From the NCBI RefSeq assembly GCF_037042905.1, contig NC_087251.1:24926001-24990000 (forward strand): a DNA stretch of 64,000 nucleotides, given 5' to 3'. Positions 37,454 to 50,027 of this stretch are shown piece by piece. Source of the DNA: Lytechinus pictus. Lineage: Eukaryota. Position numbers and translations under genes: made by a program. Each line of letters starts with the position of its first letter. Positions within the stretch are counted from its first letter, which is position 1. The notes under the pieces were generated by a model, which was not told the DNA's origin, ran no database searches, and saw only the letters and a program-made list of their open reading frames with translations.

Positions 37454-39915
37454 TAGTGTGCTATTATCAGAACTTGACGCTAATGTTTAAAACATAATCC
37501 ATGAAGAGGAATTTATAATTGTAAATCACGTCAGTTTCTCATTCATAACAAATTTAAATTCTAAGTTTGTTTTAAAAAATCATGTAAAACGAAAAACTTC
37601 AAGATATGTTTCAATTTATCATTTTCATTTGGTTGAAACTACATAGCAAAAAATACTATTATATCATATTATACTTATTAAACTACATGGACTAATGCAA
37701 TACATAACCCTTTTATTTTGCAAATGATAATTATTACGTGAATGTGTCACTAAAATTACTTTGACATGTTTCTCGATATTGCCGGCTGTCACCTGATTTT
37801 TATTTAAAATCGTGTGAGAAGAAATATAATAGGAGAGAACGTACATATTCATGAATACATGTATGTGTTTTTTGAAGTGTTACAAAATCTTTCATTCAAT
37901 GCTTCCATTTTTTTACTCTTTTATTATCTCTTTTACAATAAAATTATTGGCTCAATTGTATTCATCTTGAAAGAAAAGAAAAACGAGAAAAATATAAAGT
38001 TTTCAAAACTTTTCATAATAAGTTATGAATCAGGTTTTCTTTTATATAACGTTTGTATTCTTAGTCTATATGATTATTTGATGTAAAAAGATGGACATTT
38101 CTTGTTTTTTAGAACATGAACTTGTAGATATGTTATGCTGCCTCGTTTTAGAATGATGACATATGTTTTCCTCTACGTTACATTCTTGTCAACAATATTG
38201 AAGTATTTATATTCGCGTGCAATATCGTAGTGTTATCTTATATACCTGTTAGTTGATAACTAAACAAACGTCTGGCAATACAGTTAACGAAGAGATTGGG
38301 GAGTTTCACGTGATATAATTATTGAACAAAAGAAAAAGCAAAATTAAAATCAATCTGGGATGTAGAATATGCTTTGCATCGTTCCTTTGAATTTGCTCTG
38401 TATAGCCTGTGAAATGAAGAAGCTGATTTTATTTTTCTTATTATATTACAGAGCAAAGGGATGTCACTGTCTATATTTAGGCGGGAAAACATGAGTCACA
38501 AATTACTCATCTTCTATGCACTGCCTACGCAACTTTCTGACTTCGTTCTACATATAACCAAACATGTATTTCAATCTGATATTGAAGATAGTGAAACTTC
38601 CATAATAAAAATCAAATTCTACGTAGAAGTTCAAATCTCCTGACTTTTCAAATTAACTTATTCAAAGTTTTTAAATAAGAACTTTTTCCTGGTCAATTAT
38701 TTTTAAAATAATATATTGACCTCCATAGTGATGTTCGCCTGACGGATAATATATTACCAACTTTAATAATTTCATCATTGTTTACTCTGGACTTGCCAAA
38801 CTAAAACAATAGCATTTTCGAATCTGAATTATTTTGTACATATTCGTTTCCTTGTGTAGCCAATTTGCTGGTTATTTCTTCTAACAGTGATAATTAAGAT
38901 CGCTTGTAAGTATTTATTTTCAGAGATATTTATTTATTTATGATTTCGAGAGAATACGGATTCTGAAAGGCTGTTATATTGTATACAGTATTCCATTATT
39001 GTTGGATATACGAAGGACTTTAAGTGAATGTTTGGAGTATGAACATGTATTGCAATACGTTGATTTATGTACAGTCGTTACGATTAATAGCTCAAATAGT
39101 ATTCAAAATGATTTATTTTATTCTATTGTGAGATGTTTCAGTTCGGGTATAAGATTTACTTGTTAATGTTACACGATAGATAGTATTTCAACTTGTGATT
39201 AAGATGTAAATATGGAAAGAAATGTTGAAAATAAGTGAGGAGGAAAAGAAAAAGAGAAAGCCAGGGAAGTAGCTGAGAATTCTGCTTGTGTGTGAGAGAT
39301 GAGATATAAGCACTGCCATTTTGAAATATGTAATGATGACTATAAACACGCTATTTGTTTATTTGTGTCTAATATGAAAGGTTCTAAGATGATTGTAAAT
39401 TAATTTGTCATTTTACATACTCGTTTGCCTAGAGCGCCTACTCAAACGCATGAGAGTTCAAAAGCTTACTGAAATCGCCTTTTCGGTGTTAACTTTTTGT
39501 AAACTGTGAATTATTGACCGTTTTCCGTAAGTTCGAACAGTTGTATAAAAAGAATTGTCTGTAATTGTAGTTTGTACTCCTGTATACAGATTTGTGACGG
39601 TTTCAAGGTGTAGTAGTGTACAAATATAAAGTGCTACTGTGTGTATTTTAAATTTCCTTCGATGACTTTCTAGAATATTATCATTTCAGTACGCAATCTT
39701 CCACCTTTCATTTAATTCCTGCATTTTTTGGTGGGCGTCACTAGAAACAATGAAGGTTTGTAGTTGATTCTTCTTTTTTAATTAGAAGATCCCATTTAAT
39801 TGATTGGATCTAGATTTTTCTTGAGGAAAAGATGCATGTTTAACTGTCAATGTCATGGTCAACGATTTTGTAATTGAAAAATTTTGCTCTCAATAAAATC
39901 ATTTTGTGCATGGTA
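37454..39915 (+). other. Probable long AU-rich 3' UTR of fos
   Basis: Repeat-free AT-rich stretch with overlapping ATTTA (38928-38940), several TGTANATA motifs, and AATAAA at 39892 (an earlier AATAAA at about 37937 is an alternative). Confidence 0.55.
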
Positions 39916-41022
39916 CAAATGAAAAAAAAATCTTCCTATACTTTTGTAATTATTAGGAATGTTTGTTTCACATTAATGGGCCACCACTTCACATGTCAAG
40001 TACGTGTTTCTGAAAAAAAAACCGCACTGATATTTCTCTATTTTCCTATTAATAATATTGGGGGGGGGGGGGTCTCTTGAATCAGTCATTCAATACGGCA
40101 GGTATAAGTTTTAATTGATTATTTGATCGATGAAATAATTACAATACGAGTAAAGCACAGAGTTTTTTTTCTTAATTTTTTAAATTTTATTTTGGGGATT
40201 GCGATTTTAAAGTAGTTATATCACACTACCCTATGCGTACCTGCATACAACTCTGGTTTCGAACATGATGCAAGCGGAATTGCCGAATTAAAATGTACAA
40301 CCTTTCAGATTTGGAATTTCCCAGCTGTTTACAAACTTTTTACAATAAGGTAAAGTTTGGTAAACATAATTTAACCTCATCACGAGTTTCCTTGTAACTT
40401 GCACTGCTCACAAGACCCCAGCTCTGATAATATTTGTTCCCACTAAAATGAGACATCAGCCATTGAATACATGCATTACATCATATGTACAATGGCAATG
40501 TATCAAGTACGTATGAAGAAAGGCAAATATGTCCAATGTGTGTGCCAAATACGATAGACATTGATTGAAATACGAGGAAATTTTCAGCTTGAACAGTAAT
40601 ATTTTGTAACAGACCGATAGTCCGCCCCTCTGGCCGAATAAACAACAACGCCAATTCCTATGCTGATCCTCTATGTTTGGGGCGGAGGCAAAAGTCGATT
40701 ATTTTTTAAATTTTAATTAATTTTAATTAATTATTATTATTATTATTTTTTTTTTTTTTTTGGGGGGGGGGTGTTATAATTCCTTTCCCCTACCTTTCTT
40801 CTGCTTGTCAAATTCTTGAGGAGTCTATGTCGATCCATTTTACCCCCTCGGTCAACCGTTTGTCGACGAGAACCAATTTTTCTTCATGTTTACCCGCTCG
40901 CAAAAATCTTGTGCAGCCTTTAATATAACGCCATCACTTTGGGGGTATTATAAGGATGATTACGATACTACTTGACTACTTCTACAACAACTACTAATAC
41001 TGCGTTGCGATTTTGATACAAT

Positions 41023-41574
41023 CCGGGGGGCACTTGCATTGACGAGTGGATATCATGCGCGACCCAAAAAAGCATGTCTTTTTCAAGGGCACGTTACGTA
41101 CGTAAAGTAATAAGGGTGTCAAAAACACTAAAATAATGAAAAAAGGGTATCTATTTTGCTAGGAAAGCTACGTGTTTAGGGTCAAATTTGCGAGGGTATA
41201 AGAAAACTAAAATGTTTTATAAAGGATGTACTTTTTGCCCCAACAGTCAACACAAAAGGGTTTAGAGTACGATTTGCGCGAGGTTTGGGAGGTGGGGCCG
41301 TACTAAACCCAATGATGTAGGTAAAGGTAAAACCGACGTTCGTGACATAATTTATAACAGTTAAAATATCGCTGTACTTGTTTAGGGGTTCATTTCAGGG
41401 AATACTTGCCAAGGGTATCGTTCTGTTTCCAATACTTGTTAATGGTAGGGTTTCACACGCCAATATTTGTTAAGGGGTGCATTTTCAGAATATGGAAAAT
41501 ACTTGATTAGGGTGCTTTTCGAGACCCCACGGTCGCGCATGGTATCCACTCGTCAATGGAAGTGCCCCCCTGGG
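41023..41574. mobile_element. MITE with about 45-bp GC-rich TIRs and an 8-9 bp TSD (MULE- or hAT-like)
   Basis: ccggggggcacttgcattgacgagtggatatcatgcgcgacc / ggtcgcgcatggtatccactcgtcaatggaagtgcccccc; flanked by gatacaat on both sides; related copy at 55768-56067. Confidence 0.8.
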
Positions 41575-43309
41575 GATACAATACAAGGCATCATCAATAA
41601 ACTATACTGGGTAACTTTAACGATAATAATAATGAGCATGCGCACTATAAGTATCTCGAGGGGTGCATGAAGCGGATACACTTTATTTGTGAGAGTAGTC
41701 TGAATGGCGACATAAGGCTTTCTTCAGAGGGGAATTATTCGTTATATCCCCCCTTTTTTTTTATATTGCCATTGTTATAAGAAATAAGGAAGTTTGTCTT
41801 TAAGATACCCGATGAATTCATTGTTTAACGATTGATGTGGTTACACAACATGATACGACTTCAGCTGAGCATTCTAATATACTGTCAGCTTCTTGAATTA
41901 GTATATCTTTTGCAGAATAAAGTTTCAGCTGTAGATGTTTTTCAAACTTTTTTTATTATTCACTTGTACTTCTCTATTTGTTTTAAAATCAAATTTTCCC
42001 TGGTTCCCCTTCTTGAGAACTATGGAATAAAATATATACACTTAAATCTATACCGAGTGTTTTAACATTTCATAAAAGTGATACATTAATCATCTTTTTT
42101 ACCTCCGTCATCATCATCATAATCATCATCTTCATCATCATTGATTTCTGTTTCTTCAATTTGTTCTTCATTTCCTCTTCTTCTTCTTATTATTATTGTT
42201 ATTATTATTAACATTATTATTACTATCATCATTATTCTTTTTCTGTGACGGATTTTTAAAAGCCCAATTTTGTAATAGATTTTTGACATGATATTTGAGA
42301 AAATATCATAGTTCACCCTTTTTTATTTTCCTTTTCTTTCTTTTCTCTTTTCTCTTTTCTTGATCGGGAGACGTTGTTATGGATCCATGACCCTCAAGTC
42401 CAACATCTATATGCCAGTGTGCATGGGAGATAGTCCTTGAGATTGAAGTTTTTTAGGCATTATGTTAGCTTTTTTTACAATGATACTAGGTACTTCGTCA
42501 GGACTACATCAATAATGCAAGCGCGAAGCGCGAGCTTAAATTTTTGCCAAAGTTACCTGAAAATGAGTCATTTTAGGGACTCTTCTCGGGTTTCAAGATT
42601 ATTTCTCTCTTATAAACTCTTTTAAATTTTAATTCTCGTTTCTCGTTTCATTTAAAAACAATAAACATGGGAGAATGCGACAAAATAAATGATGGTCATC
42701 ATGCATACGACAATCAACACTACCATCATCTTGTTCACCTTCCTTATCATCACGATCAAACTTACCATATGATTCATCATAAATACTATGATGTTCGATC
42801 TTAAATTATTGGGGGACTCTCGCACGGGATATCCCCCACATGAAATATCGGGGAGGGGGGATATACACCCCCCCCCCGATCGACATCTATGTCCGTCCGG
42901 GTACGGTATAAGATTACAGCCTCACAAGTGGAATGCAAACAGGATGTTGCTGAACCACATATCCTACTAATCACGTGATTATCAATAAACAAAAATCTTT
43001 TACCTCTCCCCCGAAAAATAACTTTACGATTTTCTCTGAAAATCATCTAAATTCCAGCTTATCAAATATTAGAAACTGCCTCTTTTATCATGTCTATGGA
43101 TATTATAAAAGTTTGACTGTTTAACAGTAAAGGTCAAATAGAATAATCACGGGATTCAATTTGTTTGACTCGATAAGTGTGACCCTTCTCACCATGCTGC
43201 CATATCAATGTCATGAGCAACTACACGTCAGTCATGATATCACCAAATTATAAATAGATCTGTGGTGTGATGGAAATTATGATGCACCTTTCTTTTAGTG
43301 ACAATAATA

Positions 43310-45945
43310 CAGGGCCTGCCCCTGGAACGATTTTTTTCAGTGGGGATGCTGACATCGGCTGAAATCTCTCAAGGTTGGGAGAGGCACAATTGACTTTTCC
43401 ATTGTTCTTTTATACACACACCATACATACATATATATATATATAAATGTGAGAAATTATACATGTACAACAGCTTTGGCAACTCTTTTATTAAATATTT
43501 TGTGAAAGAAATGGATGAAGAGAACAATGGTAGGTGTAGCTAAAATCAAGGTTTCCCAGAGCAAAAAATTTGGGAAATTTCATGTATTTTGTCCTGAAAA
43601 TTGAACATTTTGATAATTACTGCGAGCGCGATCAGATACTGTTTGCAGTTACCCACGAAGACGATACTTATCAACAATTCCGACCTAAACACTGTACATT
43701 CTAAGCACTTTTTGTAATCATGAACAGGATAGGTATATAACTATACGATTGATGCGAGAGAGAAGCGCGAGCGGAATCAAAATTGATATATCAGACCTAA
43801 AAACGGGACACTCTTAGCAATTTTCTAATAATTAACAGGATAAGTATAAAACTATAAAATTGATGCGAGCGGAAACAAAAATTGCGATTTCAGACTTAAA
43901 AATGGGACATTCTGAGCACTTTTCTACTCATGAACAGGATAGGTATCTAACAATACAATTGATGCGAGCGTGAAGCATGAGCGGAAACAAAATTGAGATT
44001 TCAGACCTAAAAACAGGACACTCTAGCCTTTTTTTGTAAATCAGGAAAAAGGATGGGTAATTATGTATCTTCTTACATTAATTAATAATGCGAGCTTGAG
44101 CACGAGCTGAAAATATTTGATATTCCGATCTGAAAAAGGGTGAATTTAAGCACTATTTCAAGCACTGTGTAGGAAAATTCTGCAGCGGGGGTGGGGGGAG
44201 GTTTCTACAAAACGTCGTTCATTCTGTCATTCATCATACCTACCAGATTTCCAGGGGGTGTTGCCAATGGAAAATAACACACGCAGCACCCACAAGGAAA
44301 ATTTTGGAGGTTCTGAAGCACCCCCAGCACCCCCGCTTCCCAGGCAGCGGCGTAACAGGGGTCGGTGGTCAGGGGGGGCAAGAGCCAAAAATTTCCCGGT
44401 CATATCATGGTATGAACAGGCGTAATGGTGTAATGAGGCGACGATTTTGAGAAGGCCAGACATTGCGTATCAGGCAGATTTTATCTTTAAACAAAAAGTT
44501 GCGAGCGAGCGAGCAAAAGTTTTGACATTTTTAATACAAAAATCCAATTTCGTGATAGATTTGACATGATATATTTCACTCTTTTCTCTTTCCATTCCCT
44601 TTTTTTGTGGTCTGTATGCCATTGCATGTGAACATGATTCTTTGCGGCAGTAGCGTGAAGAGTAAAAAAACGACAGGCGCAGTATGGCGCATGTGCTACA
44701 AAGCTGCTAAAGCGAGCGAGAATAAAAATCACATTTTCATGAGAATTTAACTTTGAGATATTTTTTGACATTATATTCAGTAAATAAAATCATATCCTAC
44801 ACTTTTGCTTTGCTTTTCTTTCCTCCATTTTTATCTTGGTTGTAGAACTTTTGGGGAACATGGCCCAACCCTTCCATACTCATATAAGGCAGTGCTATGC
44901 GGTTGGGGTCCGTCTGGAGCCCCCTGAACTTTTTGATATCAAAGCCATTTAAACCTCGCAGATAGCCGCTATTTTTAATCAGATCGCGGGTATATATCTA
45001 CATTTACACACGCATTTATTCAACCCATTTGAACCAAATATTTTGAGGGGGCAAAACATAGCAATGTGGGAAAATTTGTCAAAAGTCGCCAGCGAGCAAA
45101 GCGAGCTGGAAAAAAAATGCCTATTGAAATTAAATTTTAATTATGTGATAGATATCCATTATATTCAGCAAATAACACATTGCATTGTTTCCAGTCATTT
45201 CATTATACGTTGTCTCCTATAATTTCTTTTGTTTCTTCTTAGGTGTGGAACCAAGACCCCCCCCCCCCCCCGCGCCTGGTGACGCCAATGATTGTACGTA
45301 ATGCTTAATGTAGGAAGAGTCCCTACAGGGGGCGTTATATAGAGCCATTTGAAGGTTATAGATGAAGAGCCCCTACTGCGTGGGGTCTGGGGCAAAGCCC
45401 CGGTAGCTTATTTGAATAAAATTTAGCAAGCTTATATAGCACAATGTTGTATGCAGTCCATCTTTCTTCCCGCTCTTTATTTTCTATCCTCGGCAGCCCG
45501 GTCATTTTATTAATTTTTGTTTCTTGTCTCTTTTCTTTGTCTTCCAATTTAGCTTTTGACTAATTCCATTCTACCTTCATTTCCCGCTATTGCTTGCCAT
45601 TTTGTCATCTTTTAATTTATTTCCCATCATGCTATTGCATTACATAGGCCTATTTCGGAATGATTTGTTCTTTCTCAAATGTTCTTTCGTTCCTTTTCCC
45701 GCTTTCCTTCCTTTTCTATTAAAGATATTTTTTTCTTCTTCGTTTTCTTTTCACTTTTCCCTTTCCTTTTCCCTTTCCTTTTCCTCCTTTCCTTTTCCCC
45801 TTTCCTTCCCCTTTCCCTTTCTTTCTCCCTCCCTTTTCTTTTTTTACCCGTTTTTTTTTTATTTTCCCGGTGATATCCGCCAGGGGGGGGGGCAGCTTGC
45901 CCCCCCTGCCCCCCCGCCTGTTACGCCACTGTTCCCAGGGCCATG
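43310..45945. mobile_element. Outer hAT-like non-autonomous element with internal 100-112 bp tandem repeats
   Basis: caataata|cagggcc ... ggccatg|taataata (8-bp TSD, 1 mismatch); repeats gac(c/t)taaa at 43682, 43794, 43893 and 44004. Confidence 0.6.
44345..45931. mobile_element. Inner hAT-like element with a perfect 8-bp TSD
   Basis: ttcccagg|cagcggcgtaacagg ... cctgttacgccactg|ttcccagg. Confidence 0.88.
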
Positions 45946-46265
45946 TAATAATAGCAAGTTAACGTTAATAATAAAAAATTTGTTGATGTATTTCAAGGCT
46001 CATTGGAAGAGCAACTTTTGTTGAATGTTCGGGCTACTCAGTTGAAATGCATTTAGAAATGAATTAAGATTAAAACCTATTCCTTAAAGGCTATTTTAAA
46101 CACGATTATACAAAGGTAAACTGTTGTGCTTAAATGTTTGTGATATCAAAATTACGAGTTTCTCACTGGATAAAACAAATTCTATAGAGGGGTTTCTTTC
46201 CTAGGGTTTTTTGTTTTGTTTTGATTATTGTTATTATCATTAATATTTTGAAGAGCTGTGAGTGA

Positions 46266-46633
46266 ATAGAGTACCGAAGTGATGACGTCACAAAACAACT
46301 TTTCTTTTGCATTTCAGCGTTTTTATATACCATATTTTGGGTAGAGCATGATGAAAAGCACCCACTACCAAAATTTGGTGGGAATCGGTAATTGAGGGCA
46401 TTAGATATTGAGTACATAATGAGCCCCATTGAAGTAAATAACACATTGTTTTCAACGGGGCTAATTATTAGCATGTATTCATGCAGTCATATCTACGACC
46501 CACACGTACCGATTCCCACCAAATTTGGGTTGTGGAGGCATTTCATCATGCTCTACCAAAATATGGTATCAAAAGTACTGACATATGCAAAAATGAAAAT
46601 TGATGACGTCACACTTCCGAAATTTAACAATAG
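46266..46633. mobile_element. Palindromic MITE with TGACGTCA in both arms
   Basis: gaagtgatgacgtca...gcatgatgaaa...accaaaatttggtgggaatcggta pairs with taccgattcccaccaaatttggg...tttcatcatgc...tgacgtcacacttc. Confidence 0.7.
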
Positions 46634-47596
46634 ATGGCGACATTTCACAAAATGATACTGAACTGATAAATCAGACGTATACTAGTACTCAATTATGTTG
46701 AAGCGCCACAATTCGTCATCGGAATCTGTTGCGTCCCAAGCACAACGTGCAAAGCAAGCGAAGCGAGTTGAACATCCTCAGTGCATGACATGGGGCCAGG
46801 GGACCCGGTTAAGGGCCCCTGACAGGGTCAGGGGGGGGGGGGGTGGAGCCCCGAAACTTTTGAATAGGAGTTCTTTTTTTGGTTGCATTTTGATATGATA
46901 TATGTATATATAATACTCAAATTAAACACAAATTCCTGATTTTTTTTATTACCTTCATCTGCTTGCATGTGCCACAAGTGTCTCTCGAATCACCAATATT
47001 ATAGTAAATCCCTATGATAAACCCTCCCCATATTTTTATTCTTTTATAATAGTGGAAAGTGAAAAAAAAAACAGAGATCCTAAAGACTTTGCCATTAGGG
47101 TGTACATCGTTGAGTTCAACACATTTTATGTTTAATAAAAATAAAAACCAAATTAAGGGATGAACATTATTACAATGACATTATCGGTTATTGCTAGGCA
47201 GTATGAAAATAATAGAGAAATGGAAATGAGGGGATCCACTTAACATTGGCTGCTATTGCATTGGCGCGAACTGGCACCAACTAGCGCGCCGCCCAGTGGA
47301 CTCATAGCATTACTTGCACGTGGCGCAAAAAAGTATCATGTCCTATCGTTCCACCGTACCATTTTAATTTCTTAAACTAAAAGAAAATATCTATTAAACT
47401 CAAAATCCACACTTTGACCAAAACTATACACTGCTAACATTTTCAATCAATATCAATTACCATTCTAAATTTGAAGCACGCCATCTTTTGATTAATATCT
47501 ATAACTGTATAAAGAGTGATGCATCAGTATAATTCAGCCATCCATCACCGTGATCAGCAATTGACGAGACCAATGGATTTTTTTTAAGAACACACG

Positions 47597-47675
47597 TATA
47601 TATATGTATATAGATATATATATATATATATACACACCCGCACACACACATCCGCACATACACACCCTCACACAC

Positions 47676-47758
<83 letters not shown>

Positions 47759-47770
47759 ATGATATATACA
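47597..47770 (+). repeat. (TA)n/(CA)n compound microsatellite
   Basis: Directly visible. Confidence 0.95.
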
Positions 47771-47801
47771 CAGACACATATATAAGGGCCTCTATTATAT
47801 A

Positions 47802-48617
47802 CTGTGCGTCCCACAAAAAAACGAAACCGAGATTTATCGATGATCTGTCATAATTTAAATACAATAGACAAATGACCTACCATTGTAAAGCTTAGAATAT
47901 CCTCTTTCATCTGAAATTACTACTATTATTTCTCATTCACGCATGAGTGAGCAAAAACTATTTGAAATGGGGATACCAAAAAGTCACTTGGCGAGCTGTA
48001 TCTGGGTTTTAAAAAGATAACCACATTTTTAAAAAGTTCAATATCTGCTCTTTAATTTGATACCTCAATTACAGAAAATGTTCGAGAAATAACAAAGTTC
48101 TGGTTATCTGAAATAAGGCTTGAATTTCAATAATTTTCATAAAATGAAGAGGTTTTACAGGCTAGCGTTAATCAAACTCACTCGACACTCCGTTTTGTTG
48201 ACGATCAGCCATGCATTAAGTCCTTTGTTAACCATGCGATAGCTTCTGTGGGAAGCCAGTGAGAACACGTAGATTTAATGAAATTATGGAAATACAAGCA
48301 TTGTTTCGAGGGAACAGAACTTTTTAAATTCTCGACCATTTTCTGTGATTAAGGTATCAAATGAAAGAGAAAATATTTAACTTTTTAGGCATGTGATTTT
48401 CTTTTTGAAATTCAGATACCCCCCGCCAAACGAGTTTTGGTATCCTTTCTTCAAATTGTTTTTGCTCATTCATGCGTGAATGAGGAATAAGCTAAGTAAT
48501 TTCAGATGAAAGAGGAGATTCTAAGCTTTACATTGGTAGGTCATTTGTCTATTGTGTTTATGATTAAGTTATGATAAATCATCGCTAAATCTCGGTTTCG
48601 TTTTTTGTGGGACGCTT
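47802..48617 (-). mobile_element. Tc1/mariner-type long-TIR MITE, copy 3 (opposite orientation)
   Basis: Same TIRs; the central spacer is the reverse complement of that in the 9119 and 27105 copies. Confidence 0.9.
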
Positions 48618-48648
<31 letters not shown>

Positions 48649-48656
48649 CTATATAG

Positions 48657-48701
<45 letters not shown>

Positions 48702-48712
48702 ATATATATATA

Positions 48713-49055
48713 ATGATAGTGAAAGGAATGAATGAACTCAGAACAATGGTAGGCGTAGCTTAAATCAGGGTTCCCCAGAGCTATCTGCCCTTAGGAAAAA
48801 TTGGTGATGCCAAAAAAAAATTCTCAGCCGGGAATCGAACCCGGGCGCCAAGCTTTGAATGTCGGTGCCTTAACCACTAGACCACAGAGACGGGTTAGTG
48901 GCTCGGGCGACCCCGATCCGACTGACCGTCAGCATGGTCAGATAGACAGATTGAAGACACCAATTAAATTTCCTTTGCAGAGTTGCCAAAGCTATTGTAC
49001 ATGTATAATTTATATGTATAATTTGTCGAATCGGATCGGGGGCGCCCTAGCCACT
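48713..49055. mobile_element. (TA)n-embedded element carrying the tRNA-like sequence and interleaved inverted repeats
   Basis: IR pair 48897-48926 / 49025-49055; partial copies at about 43445-43562 and 62490-62582 share agaacaatggtagg(c/t)gtag. Confidence 0.65.
48822..48890 (-). pseudogene. tRNA-like sequence (Glu-like body, ATTCAAA loop) inside a repeat element; probably a pseudogene or Pol III promoter head
   Basis: Minus strand tctctgtggtctagtggttaaggcaccgacattcaaagcttggcgcccgggttcgattcccggctgaga: A box, perfect T-arm/B box, followed by T9; acceptor and anticodon stems are imperfect. Confidence 0.75.
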
Positions 49056-50027
49056 TATATACATACCCCACTGAATTTTATAAAATATTTTTTTAAGGCA
49101 GAAAATATAATTTCTTAAAAAACATTATCACTTGACAGAACAAAGCCGACTGTATTAGTCATTGTTGTTGTTAACATTGGAAATTTCCCCGAGTATTTAA
49201 AAATTTTGAAAGATTTTCCACACGACGATTCAAGTGAGGTTACAGTCAATAATCTCTGTGCGCCATGAACTTAAACTTTTTGAACTTGTAGGTCAACTTC
49301 TTAGACAAACTGTGACGTCACAATATGTCAATCGCATTCAAAGTCAACATATTCTGAGTGTTAATCTACGTGTGTGAAATGCTGATTGCAGAGCAAAGTC
49401 CAAACCAGAGTAATGTGTAAATATTTAATTATTATTTTATACTAGACATGCCAGTAAAAAATATCTGTCAAGAAAGCGTCATATTACGTCTTTGAAATCT
49501 CATACGTAAACGAAAGAAGAATAGGAGGTAACGTGGATAGGCTTACGTTCAATTGTAATTGAATAAAAATTAATGATTTTGTTGTCATTGTTACAGTAGC
49601 CAGGGCTGTAAAAAATTAGAATAAATTATATGTAAGAAAACTGCAAACATTACAAAGCATTACTTCAATTTGTAGATCCTTCAAGAGGATAATATTGGGC
49701 ACCGATGTTTCTGTTGCACCGATAACCTTGGACTTTACAATATTTTCTTCAAGTGCAAATTGCTCACTATAAAAAGCTCACTCGTCGCATTATTATGAAG
49801 AATTTTGATTATTTACGATATTGTACAAGTTTTTTAGAAAAATTGCACATGCATGGGTGTGTGAAATATGATCGTAGTATTTAAACTTGATAAACAAAAA
49901 CATCGAAACCAGTACTAAGTTTTTCATCTTAAATAATTGATTTTTCGAAGGACTTTTGATAATGTATCATTCATTAAACGCGACGCTATATGGAGTAAGG
50001 GGACAGTCCCTTTATTATGATTGTTAA

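Noticed and set aside
48822..48890. Functional tRNA-Sec or tRNA-Glu gene
   Set aside because: No long variable arm or extended acceptor stem, mismatched stems, and it is embedded in a repeat.
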